64,000 bases of DNA from Candidatus Pacearchaeota archaeon CG10_big_fil_rev_8_21_14_0_10_34_76 (GTDB lineage: Archaea; Nanobdellota; Nanobdellia; Pacearchaeales; GW2011-AR1): positions 5,747 through 69,746 of the forward strand of contig PFDB01000015.1 in assembly GCA_002763075.1 (NCBI GenBank), given 5' to 3'. The position numbers and the translations under genes are program-made. This document shows, one piece after another, positions 20,301 through 28,140 of this stretch. The notes under the pieces were generated by a model, which was given only the letters and a program-made list of their open reading frames with translations, searched no databases and was not told the origin of the DNA. The number at the start of each line of letters is the position of its first letter. Position 1 is the stretch's first letter.

Positions 20301-21875
20301 AATATAATAACTTATTTTACTGAAGCATTTTATAAAAACGATGATTTGATATTGATTAATACATTTAATAATTCTATAGAAACAGAAAACTTGACTTTTA
20401 CAGGAAATGAAAATATAATTAGATACTTGGAGATCTCCAAGAATGCTAATGTTTTAAATGCCACTCTTAATTTAACTGGGACCTCACAAAATAATTCTAT
20501 TTTTTCTGAGGCTAATGCATATTATGATTTTGAAGATGGTTCTGGAACTACTTTAACAGATTTGGCAGGAATTAATGATGGAACATTAAATAATATGGAG
20601 GACTCTGATTGGAAAGATCCAAAACTCGGAGATTTTGGATTAAATTTTGATGGGTTGGATGAATATATTAATATTTTGGATAGTTCTGCGCTAGACCTTT
20701 CAGAGGGAAGTGTTTCTATGTGGGTCAATCGAACTGACAACACTGATGACATGTATTTGATTACTAAAGGTAATGGAAATGGACCAACACAAAATTATGA
20801 AATGAGATATGACGTAAGTACTGAGGGATTTGTTTTGGGCGTTGGAAACGGGATTTCTCAAAGTGCTGCTGTAAGGGCTGGGATCATAGGGCAAGGAACA
20901 TACCATCATGTAATATTTACTTGGAATAGCACCAGTCTTGATATTTGGTTGGATGGAGTTCATGAAGGTTTACAAACACACACTGTTTCAATCGCCAGTA
21001 ATTCTGAACCATTTAAGATAGCAAGTGAAAGAGGAGACTCATTTGGGAATTACTGGGATGGTTCGCTAGATGAAATAGGGATATGGAATAGAGTTTTGTC
21101 ATCACAGGAAATTGTAGATTTATATAATGGTGGAAATGGAAAACATTTCTCTCAAAGTCCAACCAATCCTTATTTAGAGATTGGTAGTGTCGATGGTTTT
21201 AGGGAATGGGAATATGCAGGAGTATTTAATCATTCTAATAATAGAACAGAAGATTTTTCTAGCGCAGTAAACCTTTCTCTCAATGGAGGCTCCTGTAATT
21301 GTACCGGCTGTGTCTTAAATGATAATTTATGTTTAATTCCCTTTTTATTCCACTCTGATTCAGTTGGGATTATTGAATATAATGATTTAGATATAAGTTA
21401 CACGTTGGATGAACAATCTTGGAGAGAAATAGGTAACAATTCAGAAAATTCTACATTCAACTGGAACATAAGTGGATTAGAGACACAATTTAATGTAGAT
21501 TTGAGATGCAGAGCAATTGATATTGATGGAAGTAATAATTATTCAAACTATTATAACCCTGGAACCAATATAACAATTATAGGTCCTGGATTAGTTATTT
21601 CGGATCTTGATGTTGTTTATATGAATAATCTTAATAGGGTCTTTAGGTTTGTAATAACAAATATAGTTAATTCTGAATTAGAAAATATTGTTTGGTCTTT
21701 GGATACTGGAGAATCTAATATATCCTCTGAATATAATTCAACATTACAATCAAATGAAGATTTATTTGTCTATGCATTCTATAATTATACAAGCTCAGGA
21801 AATTATACTGTAATTGCAAGCACAATGAGTGATGAATTTTCAGATACCGAAAGCTTGGAGATAGAGGTAATATGA
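17385..21875 (+). CDS. Secreted multidomain S8 subtilase (propeptide, S8, Cys-rich, beta-helix, LamG)
   Basis: Catalytic triad motifs VIDSG, HGTHVAG, GTSMAAPHVAG; Asn-rich parallel beta-helix repeats; LamG YHHVIFTWN...LDEIGIWNRVLS. Confidence 0.93.
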   Translation: MLNKKRVIFFGLIIFVIVFYSSPIRAGPYGYGDSMDLKYVIGDEKIIYGYGGGIKYETSLRPLDQNWSTWVPESRRRIIEESWENIYNSVNGFKPSKTTLSNELFFDPLILEKFTNQTEVYVTVMLRDESGMSYKNSQKTQLEKFSIYKTKAEYFSRSEDEVISTLDESEFRLDHKFKIINAFSGRITKQGLDKLMTNPNVISIETNKGVSLGLDESIPLVNATEAWSLGYSGEGVAVCVIDSGINYTHPALGGCFGNGCKVVDGYDYCASSNCGSEDGDPMDDDEFLGGHGTHVAGIVASEDSIYRGVAPNASLIAMKACVDGSFCGTQAIEKAVDWCVANSSIYNIKVITMSIYDHTEWSSDCNPSDKLAATAAINNAHDVGIFVDAISGNDGHTEGISWPGCVRGATSVGATTKQDNLWANTNRGPNLDLLAPGVSIRSTNYRWESQSDFVLQSGTSMAAPHVAGAVAILLEKDPSLMPDEIEQILQETGKQIQGSSWKRIDVANATRDICQVGTWQAGSCGGGSCNSLQREYTRTVDPPMCDISTMCEYDESCVGSTITVCASGCDYTTIQAGLNVATNGDLVKVTDGGTYSETINWSTSDNGVILNCQGATITTSSRMTIHEKEGEVVMNCIFNASNGVKMTGDGVGNEFLNNIFDIEEKGINSQGDSSGDTGRTYIENNIIINADEEGIIIHHTSGSSSGGNNKLFNNKIFNTNYAIWFEDSSFNNLSGNVIENNFRGIYLDASSAGDDREAYIENNNISNNDYGVYIQNQDKVNVNGNYFCSQNSIYDIFATGMYDFSGGSQNRCENTANWNDTNYVGCTYFCDTPASVILLDPLNGSQDADGNIDLACYASDNYQLKNITLYHDISGAWQANQTKEIGGISNITTFTFNNLEDGTNFNWNCLAYDNVSRGSFAINNWSLYINITPNNPPTTPNSLLCDEELCSDNRTFSNTIEINCTGSTDEEGNIITYFTEAFYKNDDLILINTFNNSIETENLTFTGNENIIRYLEISKNANVLNATLNLTGTSQNNSIFSEANAYYDFEDGSGTTLTDLAGINDGTLNNMEDSDWKDPKLGDFGLNFDGLDEYINILDSSALDLSEGSVSMWVNRTDNTDDMYLITKGNGNGPTQNYEMRYDVSTEGFVLGVGNGISQSAAVRAGIIGQGTYHHVIFTWNSTSLDIWLDGVHEGLQTHTVSIASNSEPFKIASERGDSFGNYWDGSLDEIGIWNRVLSSQEIVDLYNGGNGKHFSQSPTNPYLEIGSVDGFREWEYAGVFNHSNNRTEDFSSAVNLSLNGGSCNCTGCVLNDNLCLIPFLFHSDSVGIIEYNDLDISYTLDEQSWREIGNNSENSTFNWNISGLETQFNVDLRCRAIDIDGSNNYSNYYNPGTNITIIGPGLVISDLDVVYMNNLNRVFRFVITNIVNSELENIVWSLDTGESNISSEYNSTLQSNEDLFVYAFYNYTSSGNYTVIASTMSDEFSDTESLEIEVI

Positions 21876-23416
21876 TGAGAAATAAGATAAGTTTAATGTT
21901 TGGAATAGTATTTTTACTTAGTGGAATGATTGGCTTAGTTTCGGCTATTGAATATGGTTCTAATTGGGACAAGAATTGTAACGGAAACCTTTGCCAAGTT
22001 AATGTGTATTCTTATGAAAAATACTGGAATGGAAATAATGGTTGGGAAGAGATAGATGAAAGTTTTTCAGATTGTTCTGCTGATGGAAGAACAAGATATT
22101 GTACTGAAGATTATCGTTTTAGAGCTATTGCTGATGATAACGGAACAGTTTCTGCATTTATAGGGAGTGAAGAATTTACAGTAAGGTTAAATGAATTGTT
22201 AGGGAGAAATGTTGATTTTATCCCAAGAATTAGCGAAAATATGATTTCTTATGATGATATTATTCCGGGTGTTGATTTGGTTTACACTTACCTGCCAAAC
22301 ATGTTCAAAGAAGAAATTGTGATAAACGAGCCATTACAAGGTCTTCCAGATAGAGACTTTGATATAACCTTTACTAAAAGAGGTAATGCTGATTTTGGAA
22401 TTAGAGACAGTATTATTTGTGACGCAAATGGGTTGTGTCAAGACCTTGAGCATTCTGTTGAGGGGAATCAAATAATTGTAACAATCCCAGTTTCTTTCCT
22501 TAACCATAAAGATGTGGTATATCCAGTAACTATTGATCCCACAATTGATCTGGGAGATACATCCATAGCCTGGGATGGTTATGTGTACAACGAGTCTGGA
22601 ACTCCAAATACATATACTAGAGTGGGGTCTCCAGTGAATTATATAAGTTTAGGCAATATTCTGACTCTTGGTGGAACAAGAATGGCTAAAGGAGACATAG
22701 ACTGGAATGTCTCAAGCATTCCAGATGGGTCTGTTGTTTATAACTTAAGTTTACAAATTTATGTAGACACTGCTTCTACTGGGACTCCAAATGTGACTTT
22801 GAATATCAGCCATATGAATGGTAATAACTTAACTTATGAAGATAATAGTACAGAGTGTTATGGGAACTGCCAGTTTTGGGAAGATATGGCTGATGGAACT
22901 CTTTATTATTCTGAGACTTTTGCTTCTGATGTTGTCAAGAATATAGATTTGGATTTAGCAATTTCTGATTTTGAAGGTTCTCTTGATTCAGATGTTTTCA
23001 GTGTTGGTTTTGATGGGCACTATCAAGTGAACAAAGATGTGAGAATTGGATCTAAAAATAATCCCAATTTAGGTTACAGACCTGTGCTTACAGTTGTTTA
23101 CGGAGTGAATGGAACTGATTCTGATGCAGCGATTGAAGAAGGCATATTTTATTCAGTGGTTGGGGGTGTTAATCCAATCTATAATAATCAACAGATTTAT
23201 CTTGTTAATGAATTGGGTACGCATTACACTGGAACATTTGATAAAGCAGTTGAAGAAGGTAATCAAATGTGGATATTCAATTATGTGATTCCTGGAGAGT
23301 CTTTCATTAACATGCCCTCACTATTTAATATTTTGAATGTTTGGGAAAACCAGTCCTTGAGTTATAGCGAGATTGTTGAACAGGTGAAGAGTTATATTAA
23401 TGGCACAATTTATTAA
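21872..23416 (+). CDS. Secreted protein with YPVxIDP motif and DNRLRE-like domain
   Basis: Signal peptide; FKEEIVI...YPVTIDPT; DWNVSSIPDGSVVYNLSLQIYV...RPVLTVVY; ATGA-coupled to the subtilase. Confidence 0.65.
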   Translation: MMRNKISLMFGIVFLLSGMIGLVSAIEYGSNWDKNCNGNLCQVNVYSYEKYWNGNNGWEEIDESFSDCSADGRTRYCTEDYRFRAIADDNGTVSAFIGSEEFTVRLNELLGRNVDFIPRISENMISYDDIIPGVDLVYTYLPNMFKEEIVINEPLQGLPDRDFDITFTKRGNADFGIRDSIICDANGLCQDLEHSVEGNQIIVTIPVSFLNHKDVVYPVTIDPTIDLGDTSIAWDGYVYNESGTPNTYTRVGSPVNYISLGNILTLGGTRMAKGDIDWNVSSIPDGSVVYNLSLQIYVDTASTGTPNVTLNISHMNGNNLTYEDNSTECYGNCQFWEDMADGTLYYSETFASDVVKNIDLDLAISDFEGSLDSDVFSVGFDGHYQVNKDVRIGSKNNPNLGYRPVLTVVYGVNGTDSDAAIEEGIFYSVVGGVNPIYNNQQIYLVNELGTHYTGTFDKAVEEGNQMWIFNYVIPGESFINMPSLFNILNVWENQSLSYSEIVEQVKSYINGTIY

Positions 23417-23435
23417 TTACAGAAAAGGGTAAATT

Positions 23436-24308
23436 ATGATGAGAATAAAAAAAATGCATTGGATAGGCGGGGTATTTGCTCTTATAATTCTTATTTCTAA
23501 TCTTATTTTCTTCAGGCAGGACAAGGTGTTCTTTTTTTTAATAGGGATATCTCTTGTTATTTTTCTTCTCCCTATCCTGACAAGTCTTGTTCTTGCTGGA
23601 AAAAGAGAGCAAGAGCTGAATCAACAATTCCTTGAATTTTCTAGAAATCTTGCTGAGAGCGTAAAATCTGGAACACCTATTGGGAAAAGTATTGTGAACA
23701 TGAGAAATAAAGATTTTGGCGTATTAAGTAAGTATGTGGAGAAACTTGCAAACCAGATATCTGTTGGAATTCCTATAAGCAAGGCAATGGATAGTTTTGC
23801 AAAGGACATTGATAGTATTGTTGTCAAAAGAGCAATAACCTTGATAAGAGAGGCTGAGAATGCTGGGGGAGAGATAAATCATATCCTTGAATCTGTTGCA
23901 AATTCTATTTATGAAGTGGAGAAACTCAAGAAAGAGAGGAAAAACGCAATATCAAGTCTTGTGGTTCAGGGATATATTATATTCTTTATTTTTCTTGGGA
24001 TAATGCTTATAATGGAATTTAAGATTCTTCCATTGACAGCTGATATAAGTTCTATTGGATCTTTTGGGAGTGCGGGAGACCTTAGTGGAACTATAGCTGC
24101 GGGAGGTTCATTAGCTGCTAGCGAGGCAAGTGTCTCTGCAGAAGCACTTGCAAGACCATTTCTTTATCTTTTATTAGTGCAGGGATTCTTTGTTGGCCTT
24201 ATAATAGGTAAACTCTCAGAAGGTTCTGTCAAATATGGAATAAAACATTCAATTATATTGTCCGTAATGGCTTTCCTTGTATCTACGGGATCTAGATTGT
24301 TTTTGTAG
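23436..24308 (+). CDS. TadC/GspF-family pilus platform protein 2
   Basis: FLEFSRNLAESVKSGTPI, LIREAENAGGEI, QGFFVGLIIGKLSEGSVKYGIKH. Confidence 0.9.
   Translation: MMRIKKMHWIGGVFALIILISNLIFFRQDKVFFFLIGISLVIFLLPILTSLVLAGKREQELNQQFLEFSRNLAESVKSGTPIGKSIVNMRNKDFGVLSKYVEKLANQISVGIPISKAMDSFAKDIDSIVVKRAITLIREAENAGGEINHILESVANSIYEVEKLKKERKNAISSLVVQGYIIFFIFLGIMLIMEFKILPLTADISSIGSFGSAGDLSGTIAAGGSLAASEASVSAEALARPFLYLLLVQGFFVGLIIGKLSEGSVKYGIKHSIILSVMAFLVSTGSRLFL
23439..23451 (+). repeat. 13-bp direct repeat, right copy (start of tadC-2)
   Basis: ATGAGAATAAAAA identical to 13582-13594. Confidence 0.75.
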
Positions 24309-24313
24309 GACAT

Positions 24314-25069
24314 TTAAGAATATTTTTTTATGATATAGAAGAATTCATTTTCTGAGGAAAAAGTCTCAAAGTCATATTTTAGTCTGGAAAGTAGTTTATC
24401 AAACCATTGCCTTCTTGGGGAGGCCATTCTTTTTCCAGAGATTTTTCTTGTGGAGAAACTGATTATCATCCAGTTGCAATTGACGCCTGTAAGTATTTTT
24501 TCTGCAATTTTGTGACCCTTTGATTCTATTATATCGAATACCTTGAAGATGAGGCAAAGGTCAGATTTTGGAAAATCAATTTCCTTGCGGAGGTCAAAAT
24601 AGAAAGCATTACCCTTTAGTTTGTTCATCTTAAAAAAATCGTTTATCAGTTCTAATTCGCTTTCTTTAATATCGCAAGCATAATAAGTTACATCTGGGGA
24701 TGCTAATGCAATGGGATTAAGCCCGCAACCAAGATCAAGAATAGATTTTGGTGATATTTTTTTTATCTTTTCTTTTAAAGCAGGATAAAAATCCAAGCGC
24801 TCTTTTGTAGAAGTATGGGACTTTAATATCTCCAAGATTTCTCCTTTTTTTAGCATGCTTTTTCTGTCAATCTGTTTATGTTGATATTGCCCAGTGTATT
24901 TTCTAAGTTCAGCCCTTATTTCCTTAAGAACAAATTTTTCCTGCTTTTTTCCTTTTATCTCCTTTATATTGTTCTTTGAGATGTAAGAATCTAATAAATC
25001 AGATATAAAACTATCAGGGATATCTCTAAATTCTTTCTTATTCTTTATCTTGACTATTATATCTTCCAT
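24314..25069 (-). CDS. ArmA/Rmt/FmrO-like 16S rRNA (G1405-N7) methyltransferase homolog
   Basis: SHTSTKERL (HxSTxERL), ILDLGCGLNP, YYACDI, ISFSTRKISGK match FmrO/Sgm/Rmt motifs. Confidence 0.8.
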   Translation of the reverse strand: MEDIIVKIKNKKEFRDIPDSFISDLLDSYISKNNIKEIKGKKQEKFVLKEIRAELRKYTGQYQHKQIDRKSMLKKGEILEILKSHTSTKERLDFYPALKEKIKKISPKSILDLGCGLNPIALASPDVTYYACDIKESELELINDFFKMNKLKGNAFYFDLRKEIDFPKSDLCLIFKVFDIIESKGHKIAEKILTGVNCNWMIISFSTRKISGKRMASPRRQWFDKLLSRLKYDFETFSSENEFFYIIKKYS

Positions 25070-25117
25070 ATATGATTTAAAAGGAAGTTATTTAAATAAT
25101 ATCTTGTTTGGGTATCT

Positions 25118-25807
25118 ATGAATAAAAGAGGGATGGGCCATATAGAGGTTATTTTGGCAATTGTTATTTTTGTAGGATTTGTGGTGTTTGCTCTTTATTT
25201 TCTAAATCCACTGGAAACAGATAGAATTGTTGAATCATCCCTTACATACGGGATTGATGAGATATCAGATAAGATTGAAAGTGATATGATTAGTTATTCT
25301 GTTGTTTTTAAGGATGTCAATGCTAATATTGTTTCAATACCCTTACAAAACTCTGAAAATTTTAAGATAAGGGTAGAAACAAATGAGGGGCAAAAGCTCA
25401 ATTCTAAATATTCTGGAGGCAGAGTGGTGTTGAACAGGGCAGGAAATGAATTTGTTATTGTAAAATTTTCGGAGTTTTATAATGAAGATTTATTGTCTGG
25501 AGAAGTTCTTCTAGGTCCTGAAAACTTTAGCATTTCAAGTTCTGGGAAACAGAAAGTATGGAGTGAAGAAAAAGCCTTGGAATTGAATGAGAGTTATTTT
25601 GAAGATTATCAGGCTCTTAAAAAAGAGTTTAATCTTCCCGGAAGAGTCAATTTTGGATTTTCATTTGATGTTCTTGACGGAAATAGTTTTAGAAGTGAAA
25701 ATCCAGTACCTGATGGACTGGAAGTATTTACTAAAAGTGAAAGAAGGGAAACAATAAGATCTGATGAGAGTATGGGTTTTGCAGATTTGACTGTTTCAGT
25801 CTGGTGA
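25118..25807 (+). CDS. Type IV pilin-like protein
   Basis: MNKRG|MGHIEVILAIVIF. Confidence 0.8.
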   Translation: MNKRGMGHIEVILAIVIFVGFVVFALYFLNPLETDRIVESSLTYGIDEISDKIESDMISYSVVFKDVNANIVSIPLQNSENFKIRVETNEGQKLNSKYSGGRVVLNRAGNEFVIVKFSEFYNEDLLSGEVLLGPENFSISSSGKQKVWSEEKALELNESYFEDYQALKKEFNLPGRVNFGFSFDVLDGNSFRSENPVPDGLEVFTKSERRETIRSDESMGFADLTVSVW

Positions 25808-25808
25808 T

Positions 25809-26204
25809 ATGAATAAAAAAGGATTTATGAAGATAGTTGAAGCAAGCATATCTATTTTGATAATAGCTGGGATGCTATTTTTTATTCTTGCTAAGACAAA
25901 GGCAGGAGCAATATCTCCAGATTATGATGAGAGCGCAAGAGATTTTTTAGAAGAAATATCCAAGAATGCTAGTTTAAGACAGGCTGTTTTAGAAGGAAAT
26001 ATTGAAGATATTGAAGAATTTATGGACAGAAGACTTCCTCTTGGAAGTGTGAATTATGATTTTACAATATGTGATATAAATGCTGTTTGTGGCCTCGATA
26101 AATATGTTGAAGGAGAGGTCTTTGCACAAGAGAGAGTTATTAGCGCAGATATAAGAAATGATTTTTCCCCTAAAAAGTTAAGAATTTTTATATGGCAAAA
26201 GTGA
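25809..26204 (+). CDS. Type IV pilin-like protein
   Basis: MNKKG|FMKIVEASISILII; C-terminal LRIFIW. Confidence 0.8.
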   Translation: MNKKGFMKIVEASISILIIAGMLFFILAKTKAGAISPDYDESARDFLEEISKNASLRQAVLEGNIEDIEEFMDRRLPLGSVNYDFTICDINAVCGLDKYVEGEVFAQERVISADIRNDFSPKKLRIFIWQK

Positions 26205-26219
26205 TTCTTGAACTGAAAA

Positions 26220-26648
26220 ATGAAAAATAAAAATATAGATGTTATGGAGCATACCTCTGAAGTGAAATTCAAGGTTAGAGGCTCATCAATAAACAAGGTG
26301 TTTGAGAATATTGTAATTGCGATTTCTGATTTTATGGCTAGAGGAGAGAAGATAAAACCTGTTTTGAAAAAGAAAATAAAAATCTCTGGGGAAGATAATG
26401 AATCTCTGTTGTATGATTTTCTTGATGAAATTATTTATTTGGGTGATGCGGAAGGATTTGTTGTTTCAAAAGCGCATGTTAAAATAAAGGGGAAAAATCT
26501 GGAAGCAGAATTGTTAGGAGATAATACAAACAATTATCCTGAGCTAGACCATATCAAGGCACCAACATATTCTGAGATGTATGTAAAACAAAAAGTAGGA
26601 AAAGACAGCAAAAAGCACTGGGAAGCTGTGTTTGTGCTTGATGTTTAA
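26220..26648 (+). CDS. Archease
   Basis: EHTSEV, LLYDFLDEIIY, IKAPTYSEM, C-terminal VLDV; precedes rtcB. Confidence 0.93.
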   Translation: MKNKNIDVMEHTSEVKFKVRGSSINKVFENIVIAISDFMARGEKIKPVLKKKIKISGEDNESLLYDFLDEIIYLGDAEGFVVSKAHVKIKGKNLEAELLGDNTNNYPELDHIKAPTYSEMYVKQKVGKDSKKHWEAVFVLDV

Positions 26649-26679
26649 ATTTATAAGTCTTGTTTGACATTTTTTTCAT

Positions 26680-28098
26680 ATGGAAATAAAGAAGATATCC
26701 GAGAACATCTGGGAAATTCCTAAGACTGGGAAAATGAATGTTCCAGGAAGAATATTTGCATCTGAGAAGCTTATTGATAAAATAAAAGAAGATAAAACTC
26801 TCGAGCAAGTAGGAAATGTATCACAACTGCCTGGGATTGTAGGACACTCTATGGCTATGCCGGATGCACATATGGGTTATGGATTCTGCGTTGGAGGAGT
26901 TGCTGCATTTGATGTGAAAAAAGGAATTATATCTCCCGGAGGCATTGGTTACGATATAAATTGCGGAGTGAGATTGCTTGCTTCTAATATTAGCAAAGAA
27001 GAATTCATTAAAAAAAGGAAGGAAGTCACACATCAAATAAAGAGAGATGTTCCCTCTGGAGTTGGAGTTAAAGGAGAATTCAGCTTCAATGAGAAGGAAC
27101 TTGATGAGGTTATGAGAAAAGGTGTCGGGTGGGCTGTTGAAAGAGGATATGCTCTGAAAAAAGATGCTGAAAGATGTGAAGATGGTGGATGCATTCTGGG
27201 TGCGATGCCTGAAAAAATAAGTGCGAAGGCTAGAGGCAGGGGAAGGAACCAGCTTGGGACACTCGGGGCTGGAAATCATTTTATTGAAATACAAGAGATT
27301 GATGAAATATATGATGCAAAGACTGCAAAGGTATTTGGGCTTGAAAGAAAAGGACAGATATGTGTTTTGATACATAGTGGAAGCAGAGGATTGGGCCATC
27401 AGGTTGCGTCAGATTATATAAGAGATATGGAAAAGGAATATGGAATCAAGCATCTTCCTGATAGGGAGCTTGCATATGCACCTATATCTAGCAGACTTGG
27501 ACAGGATTATTTGGGAGCAATGAGGGCTGCAGCAAATTTTGCATTTGCGAATAGGACTTTGATTATGCACCAGATAAGAAATGCTTTTGTAAAATATTTT
27601 CCAAAGAATAAATTTGATTTAGTATATGATGTGGCACATAATATCGCTAAATTTGAGGAATTTGAAATAAATGGAAAGAAAATAGAGCTGTGTGTTCATA
27701 GAAAAGGAGCTACTAGATCATTTGGAAAAGGAAGAAGTGAGCTTCCTGCTGAATACAGGAAAGTAGGCCAGCCAATATTTATTCCTGGGAGCATGGGAAC
27801 ATATTCTTATGTGTTATGCGGAACAAATGAGGCAAGTAAGGTTAGTTTTGCAAGCACTGCACATGGAGCAGGAAGAGTTTTAAGCAGAAGCTATGCTACT
27901 AAAAACCTTAAAATTGAAGATGTGAAAAAAAACTTAGAAGAGAGGGATATTTATATTGAAGCAGGAAGCATGAAAGGAATTGTTGAAGAGGCTCCTGAAG
28001 CATATAAGGATGTAAACGAAGTTGTAAGAGTGAGTGATGAGCTAGGGATAGGTAAAATTGTTGTGAGATTAAAACCTCTTGCAGTGATTAAAGGATAA
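26680..28098 (+). CDS. rtcB: RNA-splicing ligase RtcB
   Basis: MPDAHMGYGF, GYDINCGVR, GTLGAGNHFIE, HSGSRG, HRKGAT, HGAGR, EEAPEAYK. Confidence 0.97.
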   Translation: MEIKKISENIWEIPKTGKMNVPGRIFASEKLIDKIKEDKTLEQVGNVSQLPGIVGHSMAMPDAHMGYGFCVGGVAAFDVKKGIISPGGIGYDINCGVRLLASNISKEEFIKKRKEVTHQIKRDVPSGVGVKGEFSFNEKELDEVMRKGVGWAVERGYALKKDAERCEDGGCILGAMPEKISAKARGRGRNQLGTLGAGNHFIEIQEIDEIYDAKTAKVFGLERKGQICVLIHSGSRGLGHQVASDYIRDMEKEYGIKHLPDRELAYAPISSRLGQDYLGAMRAAANFAFANRTLIMHQIRNAFVKYFPKNKFDLVYDVAHNIAKFEEFEINGKKIELCVHRKGATRSFGKGRSELPAEYRKVGQPIFIPGSMGTYSYVLCGTNEASKVSFASTAHGAGRVLSRSYATKNLKIEDVKKNLEERDIYIEAGSMKGIVEEAPEAYKDVNEVVRVSDELGIGKIVVRLKPLAVIKG

Positions 28099-28140
28099 TA
28101 CTTTCAGTATATTTATAAAGTTCCTTTAACTAAAAAATTC

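Noticed and set aside
21871..23445. 11-bp repeat TATGATGAGAA at the starts of 21872 and 23436 as a second insertion boundary
   Set aside because: Short, AT-rich and partly forced by tandem start codons
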